Assembly (NCBI GenBank): GCA_002633005.1
Contig: NMRA01000124.1
Coordinates: 513,814 to 577,813 of the forward strand
DNA length: 64,000 bases
From: Phoronis australis
Taxonomy: Eukaryota > Animalia > Phoronida
Reading direction: 5' to 3'
In this document: piece after piece, positions 12,601 to 24,663 of the stretch
Layout: the number at the start of each line of letters is the position of its first letter
Position numbering within the stretch: the first letter of the stretch is position 1
Position numbers and translations under genes: made by a program
Notes under the pieces: generated by a model
Told to the model about the DNA's origin: nothing
The model's database searches: none
The model's input: only the letters and a program-made list of their open reading frames with translations

Positions 12601-15600
12601 ATGGCATAGACTTCGATTGTTGCGAGCGCCATCTCAATTTATTTGTCGCTAAATGGGGTTCGTGATGGGGCTACTGTATTGTAAAAGGCCTACTTAATTA
12701 ACGACTGGGGTATGCTATTGACGCCGTGTGTTGATGTTTTTCATCAATACTTGTGTTATAGATATAAAAATAACCATTTTGGCACCATAGAGGGAACAAA
12801 GCAGATCCAAAAGTGCCATTCACCGTTTTAGTGATGCCCTACACGTTTATCCAAATTCCATCAAGATCCGACCAGTGGTCTTTGAAATATCATGCGGACA
12901 ACCCCAAGGTACCCGAAAAGGATGGCAACAATTTGGGACCACGAATATGTTAGTGAATGAACACGCATTGCCGTAGGTTCGCGATCGTCGAAACTACATG
13001 TCAATAGAAACGCGAACTCGTACAAGATTAGAAGTGGATAAGTTGTCAAAACACTTTAAAATGCAACACGAGTAATTGACGTAAAGATGAACATCATGTG
13101 GGGATAATATATCGATTGAACGTGCTGCATTTCCAGAGCCATCCAGAATTCTTGATGAAATACTTGACAATAAGAACAGTAAAATATGATACGTGCAACA
13201 AGGACAAATTCTGGTGTGCGGAATGTACCTTTTACGTTGTGAACAGATCAAGCGGAACTGAAAGCTTCCGACAAAATAGCGCAAAGCAATAATATTTTGT
13301 GCCATCTGAATTGGCTTCAAGCTTTGACGGATGACTTTTAACAACCTTTTTCATTTCAGATATCCATAAGGTTTAGCTTTGTTTAATATGATCAAAGCCT
13401 GCACGGCTTATTACAAATGGCGTCACTGTTGACACTGACGTAATTAATGTAAAATAAAATTTATTCAATTACAAAAAACTAGTGACGCAAAATTTATGGA
13501 TAGCTACACGTGTAGATTTGATTGCATTAAGATATGGGCTGTCGTCATCATAACACAAACTTCAAAGAGCGTAATATTGTAGCTCTCATTGTAATGGCTA
13601 TTTAGCATTTATCAGCACCCTATTCTGTGTCAGAATCAAAATAAATAAAATAATTAATATTTAAAGAGTAACACCTCTTAAATTTTGATGTCACTGACTA
13701 TAACAATAGTTAACATATGCCCACGGCATACGCACACTCGACGAACCTTCCATGAAATACGGATTTTGATTGTAATTAATCATCAACAAAATAGTCACAG
13801 CAACAACAAAACGACATCGACATGAAAGGTAACCATGAGGTCGTGATAATTGTTATTGTTATCGCTGCTGATATCATTGCAATAATTACCGTATGCGCAC
13901 ATTTAAATCGTTCACCTGCATTTCAATTAACGGGCTTTCCCAAGAAATATTTTGTTCATTTTAGCACATAGGCGCGTACGACAAAACTTTAATTATAGGC
14001 ACAAGGCGGGTGTGCCTTGAAAAAGTGCATGTCTTAAAACGGACGCATTGTACGGGTCCAAATTGTGCACACAAGCAGAATAAATAAAACCCGAATTGCT
14101 GATTTTGCTATTGTTGATGTCGTCAACATCACCATTGTCATTATCGTAAGTGATGTTTTCGGCTTTCTACATGTTTATTGTTATCATTGTTCTTTCCGAC
14201 CATGTTTGGAACATTATAACCCCTAACATATAGCCCTAGAAACTTGAATTTGTGTATACACGCACTGTAGGCACGTTTCAGGCAAGGATATTTTTATTAC
14301 CCATAATGCACCACAACACCTCAAAATCACAACATACTTTTTTAAGAGGTAGAGGCCTGAAATCTACTCATAACTGCACAGAAATGGATACCTTTGAAGT
14401 GCTTGCCTTTTCTCTAGTTTTTGGGTAAAAACATGAATTTTAACATGACAAACCTGCAGGCCTAACCATTCCTGTCCACTGTGAGAATCAAGTCTCCGTG
14501 CATGTAGAGTATTACGAGTTTTAGTATTTTGCACTCATCCACAGCGCCACCAATGATTCTAGACGACTAAGGGTCTTTACGCGTGTATTAAATAATGATT
14601 TGTTACGTCAAATATGTAACAAAATCGGTGTTTAACTTATTTTAACCGTAAATACATTACAACTGTTCAATGTAAATTGGATGTAAGGATCAAACATCAA
14701 AAGAAAAAGATAACGTTTATATTGGAACCTGTTTCTGCTTCCTTTTATTTAAAAAACTTCATAAAACGGATTTTAACGCAACTTAGTTCAGTCAAAACTT
14801 AGTTAAATAAATTTTCATTCAACAAAACTCCAAATCTTTAGTATAATTTTTATTTTTGGCGATGCACAACTACCAAAAATGTGAACGGTTAAAATAGCAG
14901 CTTGCTTTTCGAGAGCCTCAAAATTGTAGCGACTGATGGATTTGTTTGCTACATTGATGTATTTCTTCTGGCACAGATAACTAAAAAATACCTACAATTA
15001 CCATTTCTAATTAGACGCGTCTTAATCAAAGGATTCCTAACATGTCACAAAGGTCAGGGGAATTGTTTGCATATTTAACAGGCGCTTGAATCAATAGGTT
15101 GTTTTGAAAACAATGTTAATCTATCCTCGAGAAATACTGGTGAAATGTTGCTGGTGTAACCAGTGAAAAATGCTTACTTTAAATAATCGTTATAATGTTC
15201 ATAAACATGTTGTTACAGGTTCAAAAACAAAGTCAGCGCACTTCTTCTTTGCACCTAATTTTCATTAAAGTGACTAAATAAAATATTCTGTTCATGTACG
15301 TGTTCAATGGAAACATTTTGATAATGTTATTCAGTGCTCGACGCTTAGCTTGACGCCAAGTCGCCAAATGTGACCTTGCCAAAATCCCAGGTCGTCAAAC
15401 GAAATCTGAGGTCGCCAAAACTGATCTCGAAATCGTTGACCAAAACAAAAACGCCGCCCGTACTCCGTCCTCAACAGATTTACGCACACCTCTTCCATTT
15501 TTCCCGTAAAAAACATGCACCATTCAATTCAATCTCTGACTCATGATCAATTCCTCCTGCCAACGAAGAACGCAAACGATCAGATACATTAAGGGGGGGG

Positions 15601-18600
15601 GGTTTTCATGGTCTGACCTAGCCCGATTTTTGCCGACTTCCGTCTCTTTACATCTTCTAATTTAAGCGCGTGCTCGATACCTGTTGACTGCTGAGGGTGT
15701 CAAATGCACTGATGCCACGAAATAAACAGAACAATTGTAAACCAAAGGCATTGAATCCAGAAAAAGGTGTTAGTAATTTAAAGTTTGGAAGTTACCAGAA
15801 ATTTTGAAACGAATTTCAGGGTAGTTATTGTCTCACGACTTTGATACTCGCTGTGGCGACTTCGTGGCGACTTGGGGATTTTCCTAGACCGCCAAACACA
15901 ATCTTAAGTCGTTTTGGTGATTTGCTGGTCGCCAAATCGACCACTGTTATTTATATCTTATGAGCCTCTGTCCTGCGTTTAAACAATGCTGTTTCAAAAA
16001 CGAAACTAGTCCACTATGGGAGTCACAAAATGCGTGATACGCCTCGTACAGCTTAAGTAGCGGTTAGTTAAGCATGATTTACGTTTGAAAGGTTTTGAAA
16101 TGTATTTGGACTTCTTTCAATCGATCACATAGACTGACATGGGTATAGAGAGTGGTTGAGCACAAGTTTGACATATATATAAAATTTCTGTATCCGAGTG
16201 AAGTCGTCTTATATAGGCATTACAGTTTGCTGACTACCCAAAATGCAAATACCAAACGAGTTACTGAAAAACATAAAGGTCATCACACACAGCGAAACAA
16301 CAAATTATTTGAACAAGAAGTTTCCTTACGTGTGCCAAACGTTTGTTTTAAAGCAGTCTTTCATTAGTCCAACTTCATATTTTCTTGCTTGGTTTGTAGT
16401 TGTGTTGCAGATTTCGAATTGCCGTGTAGCATGCATTTGCGACCTTTTTATGGCAATGCTTACCAAGCAACAACTGGCGTGCGTTCAGTAACACTAGGAC
16501 CTACGCTAGGACTTAGCTAAAATCTAGCCAAAGTCACGTGTTCTCTTTGAAATACATGGCAATATCTAGCGTAATCTCACGAAGTCTTGCTTTTTAGCGA
16601 GATCCTGGCCTTACTGAAACGGAGGCTGGCTGGTCTACCAGCATGCTCCATATAAAGAGGTAGTCTCGAGAGCCCCCCCCCCCGCCTGAAACGGGCATCC
16701 TACATTGATTTGAGACATTCAGCTAAGCAAGAATGGGGTTGCTGGACAAAGGCAGAGATCTTCTTTGGCACGACGTGGTTGCCACGAACCCTTGTTGAAA
16801 TAAAAATATTGAAAGGAAATAGCTCGCGGACCAAACGCACATGGCTTGTGAGCATGTGGTCGTGGGCAGCAAAAAATGAGAGTATATTTCGTAAACCGAG
16901 TTTCTTGCGAGAAAAGCAAGATCAAAGACAAGTAACAAAGCAAAATAGCTTTCACTGAATCGGTGAGTTTGGAATTTTGAATTATGAGATAGTTACTGTT
17001 TCTGTTTCATAAGCGATATTTTTTCGCCACTAGCGCAAGCTAATGTCTTGGGTCTGGTATGGAACGCAGCCCTGTTAGGTGGGTCGCAGGTTGGCCTGCT
17101 TCAGAGCATACTCATTCTCGTCTTGTCGATTATGTCCCGACACGTTCAAACATAATTTTTTTCAAAAGCAGCAATTACACTCATTTTTTCACCGCGGTTT
17201 CCTCTCTCATATCGTCGCGCATTGCGCGTTATTACTGCCTATATAAACTATTAGTACGGACGAAAGCACTGATCGATGCGATACATAAATACAAGTAGTC
17301 GCATTATATAACTTATCTCTACTATATAACAATTTCGTATCGACCAAGGACACAAATAATTCTCGTTTTATTAAACATTAAATAAAACCCCTCATGAAAA
17401 CTAGAGTGATCGAAACATCGCTCCGGCAATTCCATTGTGATTAAGAGCCATTAGATATCACTGGCAGATTTATGTACAACTAGTGCAGTTACAACATAAG
17501 TAGCCCTTCACTGTTACGTTAACTACAACAAGACGACAAATTCAGATATACAGCCCTTTCGCAACAAGTTTCTTCTGAAGAGTGTGGCACGCGCTGTAAA
17601 TTGAGAGAAAAATCGCATGTAGAATGCGACGTTCACTTCTGCATTGGGCAGACTACAAAAATTTTTCCTTCTCAGTGTTAGTTTTTACCCTTCTAATAAG
17701 GAAACAAAGTTATTTCAGTTTGTTGATTCGGATATTTTATACTTTAGTTCTATATTTGTCTGTTTTTTATAATTGTCTAAGTATTTTTGTTACCATAAAT
17801 AACTTATTTTCGCCTACTTTTAGTACCCTTTAAAACCTCTAGAAACCAAGCTTGGTAAGCACTTTATTATTTTCAAGAACACCCATGTGGAACATGAATA
17901 CACTTCCTTGCTGGTGATAAATTCTTTAAGACCAATGGAGAAACACATTTTAACATTTTGGAAACACAAATAAGTTATGGGTTTTTATTCTACCAAGTGT
18001 GTTTCACTCTCGGCATGACTCGTTTACGCGTTAATCTAGTTAAGAACATGTTGCACTATTCTCACCATTAAAAAGCGTCACAAAGATGGGACAGTTTGTA
18101 AATACAGCCAAGTACGCATTCGTGTTTTCTATTAACAATTTCATAAAGTTGAAGTTCAGTTGTACTCAGCTGTGGCGGCCATTTGGTTGGTGCACCATCA
18201 AAACTTGGGATACATATAGATTATCGCACACACTGTACGAATACTATGACCACATCCTTTCGTGAATTCATTTAGTCTGGGAATGTACAACGAGACCTAA
18301 GGTCGAGTTGAGACATTGCCAGAAGAAATTAATTCTAGGTACGCTATCTCAGTGGTATTCCAGTGTACGTGGGATAACATATTTATTCTATATATGTGTG
18401 AACTTATTTGCATCGATGTGATATCTTGTTGCCATATGTTTTGACTTGTTGATGAAGGACGTCATACATAGCCAAGCCTACCCGCATCTGTATTTTATTT
18501 TATAATAAATTGATAAGAATCTTCAAATTGTGAAATATGCAAGTTCAAACAATGAATCATTCGACAATATTAAAGGTTCGTCCGGGAATGTAAAAACTGA

Positions 18601-20840
18601 AATATTAATTGAACAGTTGTGCAGTAATGTGTCCTATTAGCTTCGGAGAATTTCTTAGTTTTCTAAGCCTGTTTTTGTTTTCCAGCTTCTGGAATGGAGA
18701 AAGTAATAGATCAATTTCCTTCGAGTTGATCACAGTACTGGAAAATAACGGTGGAAACTGTGTGTTGATTCGCAAAACTAGAGGCAAGGAATGAAATGTG
18801 AAAAGCAGATTTTACGATAACTGACGGAGAGTCGAAAAACGCTGCGACCAGACCATTGTGCCATTACAAAAACACATAATCGATATTAGATCTTAATTTC
18901 TTGAAAGTAACTTAGTTCTCAGTGTAGATATTCTATATACATTCATAACAAAACGTTTTTATTTGATCTGAATTCGAATTTTGCCCGATTTTGGGGGGAC
19001 GTCATGAAGACAATTGACCTGTTTATGATAATCAGGATAACCTGATCACAGTGCGTCGGAATTTTCATCGGAATTCTTTGCTGAAAGTTTAAAATTTTTA
19101 AGTGGTAAAACTACTTTTTCAGGAACAACGCCTTGTATCAAAGTTTCACGTAGACTAAATAAACATCCCTAACCAAATTTGCCGTCGTTCACGCGAATTT
19201 ACTTAACAAATAAGGAAACGGTAAACCAGCCGTGAAATGCGGCCTTTGCCAATTGGCTCTACTTTCCCGTATTCAATGTCGTGTTTCACGGCGTATTATT
19301 CAATGGCTGTATTTTGTTAAGTTTAAAACTACAATGAAGCTTAAAGCGATAATTCATTTTGTAGCGTCTATGGCATGTCGCTGTTGTCTCTAGCCTTTCA
19401 CAGAGTTACGGTAGTTTGCAAAGTTTGGATTCTAAACTCTTATCAGTCTGTGACACTGATATGTTTTACATGGTGTTACACTAGTTATTTATATATGCCA
19501 AGTGGTTCAAATTAGCCACTGAATTGAAATTCAATAATCAGGAAACATCAATGATAATGAATCTCTGTAGAAACCGTTATAATGGAAATAGATTCAGAGT
19601 TCGTCCCCTAACTGGCAAATTTTCAGGGCATTTGACTTCCATAATTGGTTCAAAACGGAGTGCGAGCGGCTTGTTACTCCTGTGTGATGGTTATCATTGA
19701 AACTGTCCTCTCGCCATGTAGGCCTACCTGGTCAGTAGCAGGTCTGTCCCACTCACCCGCAGGGCTCTTCACTGAGATCTTTTCGCATTGCAGTTGCTAT
19801 GTCATCTACGTACACCATCATTATACGTCAGCGAGACAGCAATAGCAAGGGATTCCACTGGTTCTCCCATAACTTCAACCTGACCTCTTTGGAATCGGAA
19901 GTTCTGAGTTTACGCATTCGCCTTACGTGCAACCAATGAAACCCGACCGCGGAGATAACAACTGACAGAATTGGAATTCCATACATTTGATTGATAAAGA
20001 TCAAAATATGTACGGTTGGTTAGCTGGAGCAGTGACGCCATAGCCACCAGGCAACCCTCACTGAAAACTTTGTTCATTGAGTATTCTTGCCAATAACCAG
20101 GAAAGGATAACATTGAAAATATAATACTTACCTGTGGTGTGAACAGTCGAAATAAAGGTCCAGTTGAAGTATTTCACCAGGTCCGCCAAGGCGCGCGCTT
20201 GAAACAAATCTGGCGGAACGACACGCATGAAGTACTTGTACAAAGCTTTATCACTGAGGCCACTACTAGTTGCCGAGTACCCTATTTCTGGAATATTAAA
20301 CAACTGCAACACATTTTGAACCTGTGTAGTAACATCGCTTGATCCCGGGCCAATCAATCCCACTATTGGCTTCAATTTCACGTCATTCTCTTCAGCAGCA
20401 CAACTACCGGCAATTGACTTGTTGGCGGCACGATCCAAACTCGCTATCGAGTTTTTAATGAAGTCTATACTTTGCTCCATAGCTATGGGAGGAAACCAAC
20501 ATGAATCGCGTATGTGGTAACCTAACGTGATATTTGGCAAGATTTTGTTATCTTCGTTAATTTTCTTCATTGTGTAAACGAAAGTCTCGATGCGATGCAT
20601 CCCGTACTGTTCCCAAACTTTACCACACGTGCGTGTGTACTCCTTCGTACCAGACGACGGCTGGTAGTGGACGGGAAAGAGCGCGCCGATGATGATGTCA
20701 CCATCCTTTAGAAGAACTTTGCGTGTGTTGTGAGATTTTGGCGCGTTGTCTTCAATCGTTCCCGTGCCCTGTCCAAAACACTGCCGCCCACTATAAAAGA
20801 AGACGGCAAGTAATGCAGCGGCTGCCTTTCGCCACCACAT
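475..20840 (-). CDS. GRM1/5: Group I metabotropic glutamate receptor (mGluR1/5-like), spliced CDS, 3'-partial: join of 20840-20132, 6701-6452, 3655-3423, 1632-1386, 661-475
   Basis: Exon lengths 709/250/233/247/187 bp with intron phases 1,2,1,2,0 give a continuous 542-codon frame. All introns are GT-AG. Motifs typical of group I mGluRs: EQYGMHRIE, IRDSCW..IAMEQSIDFI, KPIVGLIGPGSS, QVQNVLQLFNIP, YSATS, KYFMRVVPPD, YGESG, CFCQG, SDGWNDR, NPWFKQFWQ, QDGKLGFVINAIY, GDPPGRYDIMN, SVCSQPC. Confidence 0.95.
1386..1632 (-). CDS. GRM1/5: mGluR coding exon 4 (YKQDGKLGFVINAIY...GDPPGR)
   Basis: Acceptor tttgcag| at 1633/1632 and donor GGCAG|gtacgc at 1386/1385. Lies inside ORF 1346..1705. Confidence 0.93.
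2779..3292. mobile_element. Inverted repeat (~170-bp arms), probable head-to-head Penelope-like pLTR remnant with hammerhead-like motifs
   Basis: 2779-2948 is the reverse complement of 3123-3292. Left arm, minus strand, carries CTGATGA-T-GAGA..TCTC-GAAA and CTGAAGA..TTCC-GAAA. Confidence 0.6.
3423..3655 (-). CDS. GRM1/5: mGluR coding exon 3 (SDGWNDR...NPWFKQFWQEEFSC...CS)
   Basis: Acceptor ttttctag| at 3656/3655 and donor TCAG|gtttgt at 3423/3422. Overlaps ORF 3415..3627. Confidence 0.93.
3926..4214 (-). repeat. Diverged inverted copy of the hairpin-element body fused to the left hairpin
   Basis: Reverse complement of about 4380-4657 (e.g. cactttatttctatttt vs aaaatagaaataaagtg; cctctgacatagaaagta vs tactttctatgtcagagg). 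Confidence 0.8.
4215..5190. mobile_element. Non-autonomous element with hairpin-type terminal inverted repeats (full copy)
   Basis: 4215-4379 and 5040-5190 are each self-palindromic and are inverted copies of each other. The body recurs at 3926-4214 (inverted), 54487-54924 and 60945-61315 plus 63803-64000. Confidence 0.8.
5812..6060 (+). mobile_element. Short GC-rich MITE; related copies at about 62168-62360 and 49126-49185
   Basis: Termini atgcgcgcaccc / gggtgagcgcat. Repeated aaaaggtcc/aaaagtcc motifs are shared with the other copies. Confidence 0.55.
6452..6701 (-). CDS. GRM1/5: mGluR coding exon 2 (GIYGESG...VVLCFCQGDTVRKLL...FLFVG); missed by the ORF track
   Basis: Acceptor ctttcttgcag| at 6702/6701 and donor GGAAG|gtaaac at 6452/6451. 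Manual translation continues exon 1 (VHTT-G-IYGESG) and joins exon 3 (GS-DGW). Confidence 0.93.
10084..10434. mobile_element. Inverted repeat, probable Penelope-like pLTR remnant with hammerhead-like motif
   Basis: About 135-bp arms. Consensus of the two arms is CTGATGA-T-GTCTA..TAGAC-GAAA-CG-TC. Confidence 0.6.
10490..10641. mobile_element. Short MITE with TAG...CTA termini
   Basis: tagactgcacttgact..ggtttcgcc versus ggcgaaacc..tcaatcaagtacagccta. No clean TSD. Confidence 0.5.
12810..13260 (+). pseudogene. Possible highly decayed piggyBac transposase remnant
   Basis: KIRPV...LVNE...RNYMS, then a Cys-rich TCN..KFWCAEC segment, in piggyBac order. Has stops and frameshifts and is much shorter than a full transposase. 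Confidence 0.3.
15332..15946. mobile_element. hAT-like MITE with 5-bp TSD
   Basis: Termini CAGTGCTCGA / TCGACCACTG. TSD ttatt on both sides. Multiple subterminal GTCGCCAA motifs at both ends. Confidence 0.7.
16473..16628 (+). mobile_element. MITE family copy 1 (PIF/Harbinger-like)
   Basis: Termini gcgttcagtaa / ttactgaaac flanked by CTG. Other copies at about 40345-40472 and 45557-45717. Confidence 0.6.
18210..18395. repeat. Degenerate palindromic MITE
   Basis: ttatcgcacacactg..tctgggaatgt..caacgagacctaaggtcgagttg..acattgccaga..cagtgtacgtgggataa. Confidence 0.45.
20132..20840 (-). CDS. GRM1/5: mGluR coding exon 1 (signal peptide and N-terminal Venus-flytrap lobe)
   Basis: ATG at 20840 in caacaaaATG context starts MWWRKAAAALLAVFF (signal peptide). 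Donor ACAG|gtaagt at 20132/20131. The track's GTG start at 21020 is probably not the real start. Confidence 0.93.
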
Positions 20841-21071
20841 TTTGTTGCAGATAAATCCAACGCTGCCTCTAGTACACAATCGACACGTGCTTGTGTCTGC
20901 AGCGCGTTTACATATTTTAATCAAGAAGGCGTCAGGCTTGTTTAGCACACTATAAGGACTCCGCGCCTTGACGAGCGTATGTGAACATGACAGCACTCCA
21001 TATCCATTCCATTCACTCACGTCTACATTTCATCCGTTAGATTGAATCAAATCAACCGCAATGTGAGTACC
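20841..21071 (-). promoter_or_regulatory. 5'UTR portion of the first coding exon, containing several uORFs
   Basis: Strong acceptor gtttttatttcag| at 21072/21071. In-frame TGA at 21032-21030. Seven out-of-frame ATGs lie upstream of the main ATG. Confidence 0.6.
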
Positions 21072-23354
21072 CTGAAATAAAAACTCAGTTTATTACACAC
21101 AACGTACGAGAGGATAGCCACGGTTAAGCACACATGTAGTTCTCACTTGACGAAAAATACTTGTTCCCATGACGAAATAAGCGAATCTACATACAACGAG
21201 AAGGGAAGGGGAAATTTTATTTGTAAAATTCTTCCACAGAAATCATTAAGTCAGAATATGGTTAGCTGATCTGTGCAGTAACCGCAATGCAACGATTGAA
21301 TTTTTTGTTAGGAGCAATATTTGAAAAAACAATTATTTTGTGCAAAGAACTCCAAAATGAATTCGCCCAAAGTGGCCCGAAACCGTTGAAGAGACATCAA
21401 AAGTTCAACTAACACATCGTTTGATTCACGATTCCCAAAACAGAAATCAAACCCGAGAAATGAAGTGCTCCCGCATATTATTTACTCAATCGTGTGAAAG
21501 ACGTGACTATTTTAAAATTTCTTTACATTTTGGTTTATACATTTTGTCCATTATGACGTTTTCACTTATCAAAAGACACCACCTAGGTTAATAACCGCAT
21601 CATCGGGCCAAGGAAATATTCTAACGGCACAACAGCTATACCGTATTATTAAACACGGATAACTATTTGTAACCCAACTGTAAACCTGGTCAATGGCATA
21701 ATCAAAAACGCGTTTACAAATAGCACGCACTGTGAAGGATTACACTGTACTCGTAAGTCTGTTATTTGACCGCAACGTGCATAGCTGCAGAGCACAGCCT
21801 GAAGTCTTTGGAGACATGGTTACCTAACAGCACTCAAGGGAAGTGTGCTAGGATCAAAATCTGGAAGCAAACTTATAGAAAACGCGTGCTTCAATATGAT
21901 GACTATCCTAGTCTTTATTAAAATTGCATGCTGTGCGCTAGTCCGTTCATGTCCACCTGTATCCCTATTCGTGTATACAATCAGGCGTTTACTTCCTGTG
22001 GTTTAAAAAAACCAGGCACGCTATATTAGCGGACATTTTGTCCACCATCTTAAATAATTGAAAATGCTTAAAGGAACCTTGCGGCGTTGTGAGTGCGGTT
22101 GACGAAAATTAAGCGTCACATGGGCAACTTTTATTATTAGTTGGAATATCAGAGAAAATTTTGGAGTCTGATTTCACAGTGATGAAAGCATTTCCCCAGT
22201 TATTGAAACAAATTAACGACAGCAAGTGGATTGAGTTAACTGAAATAGTGTTGTACTGATATATCAAAGAAAAGCAGTAAATACGTTAATGGCAGTCCCC
22301 CTCAAAAACGAAACTTCATAAAGTGCACAGTCATGAACGAACGAAACCTTATAACGAATATCCTTCCCCCGCAATGCGACCTATCACTGTCGGGCAGTCA
22401 GCATTGCAATATAATAATGTTATGTACAAATGCTTTTCAGTTCTATTATAGCATAAGGTTAGGAAATATTTTGACGCGTTAGAGAAGATCCCACGGGTGA
22501 CCGTTAAATGTGCTCCAGTCAAACGCGGCTTTTCGTTTGGAGAATGGACAACACACCGCATGGGATTAGCTACTTCTATTGGAGGATTCTTGAGGTCAAG
22601 AATGCGAAAACAGAGCTCAGTTCAAATAAATCCATGCTCCGTAAAAGCGCGAACGTCTCAACGAAATTCCCTGAAAAAGTTTTGTAAATGTATTTCATAC
22701 CGGTGATTTTAGTTACGGAAATAAAACCGGAATCACAATCCCCATTTTAGCGTACAAAATTGTGTTTCTGGTAATTCAAAAGCATAACGACAATGTAGTC
22801 AAAATCTGGAAGAAACGACGTTAAACCTCGGCGGTAACGTCATCTGTAAATTTTCAGCACATACACCGCGTTCGTTACCAAACTCGGATCAATTTCTCAA
22901 CATACATTCACGGTGCTGACGTTGTATTAATTAACGTTTTCTACGACCTGGAATAATAAGGGCGGATAATTCAGTCAATGTGACAGTTTTGTTGCATTGG
23001 TCAGCCTGAGGGAGTTTAACAAGGCAGGCTGTGTCCATCGTTAATAAGGGCATTGTCAATGACCTGTCAAATGGTACTAATTGAAATGATGAGCTGGTTA
23101 CATCTAACGCATATCTGTCGTGATACAAACCTAGTCAGTCGAATGATCGTCACATGCATGATGACAGGTTTGCAATGTTCTCACAAATCCAAGGATCAAA
23201 ATATACATACGTACATGTACATACCCAAATCCTGTTAAGTCCACAATACTAATACAATCTATAACTTGGTTGATATAGGATTCAGAAAAAATAGTTATTA
23301 CTGAAACCTCATTTTTTGAATTTACAACACATACACTTCTGACCTAAGCACTAT

Positions 23355-23935
23355 TTAAAGCTGGTACTTTTCCACTGAACTCATGTTTTACAGTGATAAC
23401 TGTCCACGTTTACAACTCATGTTTTAAACTAGTACTTGTCCACTTTTAGAACTCGACATGTTTTAAACTGGTACTTGTCTACTTTTAGAACTCATGTTTT
23501 GAACTCATGTTTGGTACTTGTCCACTTTTAGAACTCGGTTTAAAACTGGCATTGTTCACTTTAAGAACTCATGTTTAAACTGGTACCTGTCCATTTTTTT
23601 TGAATTCATGGTTTAAAATGGTACTTGTCTACTTTTAGAACTCGTATTTTAAACTGGTAATTGTTCACTTTAAGAACACATGTTTAAACTGGTACTTGTC
23701 CATTTTTGAATTCATCTTCAAACTGGTACTTGTCCACTTTTAGAACTCTTGTTTTAAACTAGTGCTTGTCCACCTTTAGAAATCGTGTTTTAAACTGGCA
23801 CGTGACAACTTTTAGAACTCGTGTTTTAAACTGGCAATTGTCCATTCGGAGAACTCGCATTTTAATCTGGTACTTGTCCACTTTTGTAACTTGTGTTTTA
23901 AACTGGTACGTGTCCGCTTTTAGAACTCGTGTCTT
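23355..23935. repeat. 36-bp minisatellite, about 16 diverged copies
   Basis: Unit AAACTGGTACTTGTCCACTTTTAGAACTCGTGTTTT, head-to-tail with no spacers. Confidence 0.9.
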
Positions 23936-24663
23936 ATAATCCCCATTGTATACCAATTGTCCCCTTCGTTGTGCACGACGCACATAACTTCAGAGAAGGC
24001 TTAAGACGCATTCTTTAAATAAATAACCATTTCAATTTGTTCGATCAATAAACAATGTATTTATAAAACCGTTGGTCGTGCAAGTGCCTGTTTGGCGAGT
24101 ACCGGGATCCGAATTTCAGCCAAGACATGAAGTAAGTGCACAAACCAAACACTTAACTAATTAATAATTCAATAATCGCAACAACTACAACACCAGCCAC
24201 AACAATGCCTACGCTATATATAGGCTTGTTTTCACGTAACAAGCCACCGGCCTACATTACAAATACATAAGTTTAGAGAGCACAGAATATCTAAGCCAAA
24301 ACCAATCTATTTCAAGGGACTCATTCTGACGTTAGTCAGCATTAATCTAATTAACAATTTTTCCCAAGGTATTTAAACCATGAGTCCACAGAGAATTTCT
24401 GAATACTATTTCGTCCACCTTATCAAATCTAGGTAAAATTTGCGCACCTAAATCAAAACATAGATTACATCAGAGAAGAAAGTGTATTTCTGATTACAAT
24501 TTCCCAGAATTATTGCAGGGACAACTCCAAATAAAGACTGGAAACGGTGAATTTAGTGGTAATATCAATAACAGCACTAATTTGGGCGCCTTTATTTGGA
24601 GTTTGCTACTTCAACTCTATTCATGGCAATAATAGTACACAACCGTGTAACATATAACATTAA

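Noticed and set aside
20841-21020. 60-aa N-terminal extension of mGluR from the GTG at 21020
   Set aside because: The signal peptide starts at ATG 20840 in good context, and the extension has no family similarity.
23355-23935. CRISPR-like array (36-bp repeat length)
   Set aside because: Units are contiguous with no unique spacers, there are no cas genes, and the context is eukaryotic. It is a minisatellite.
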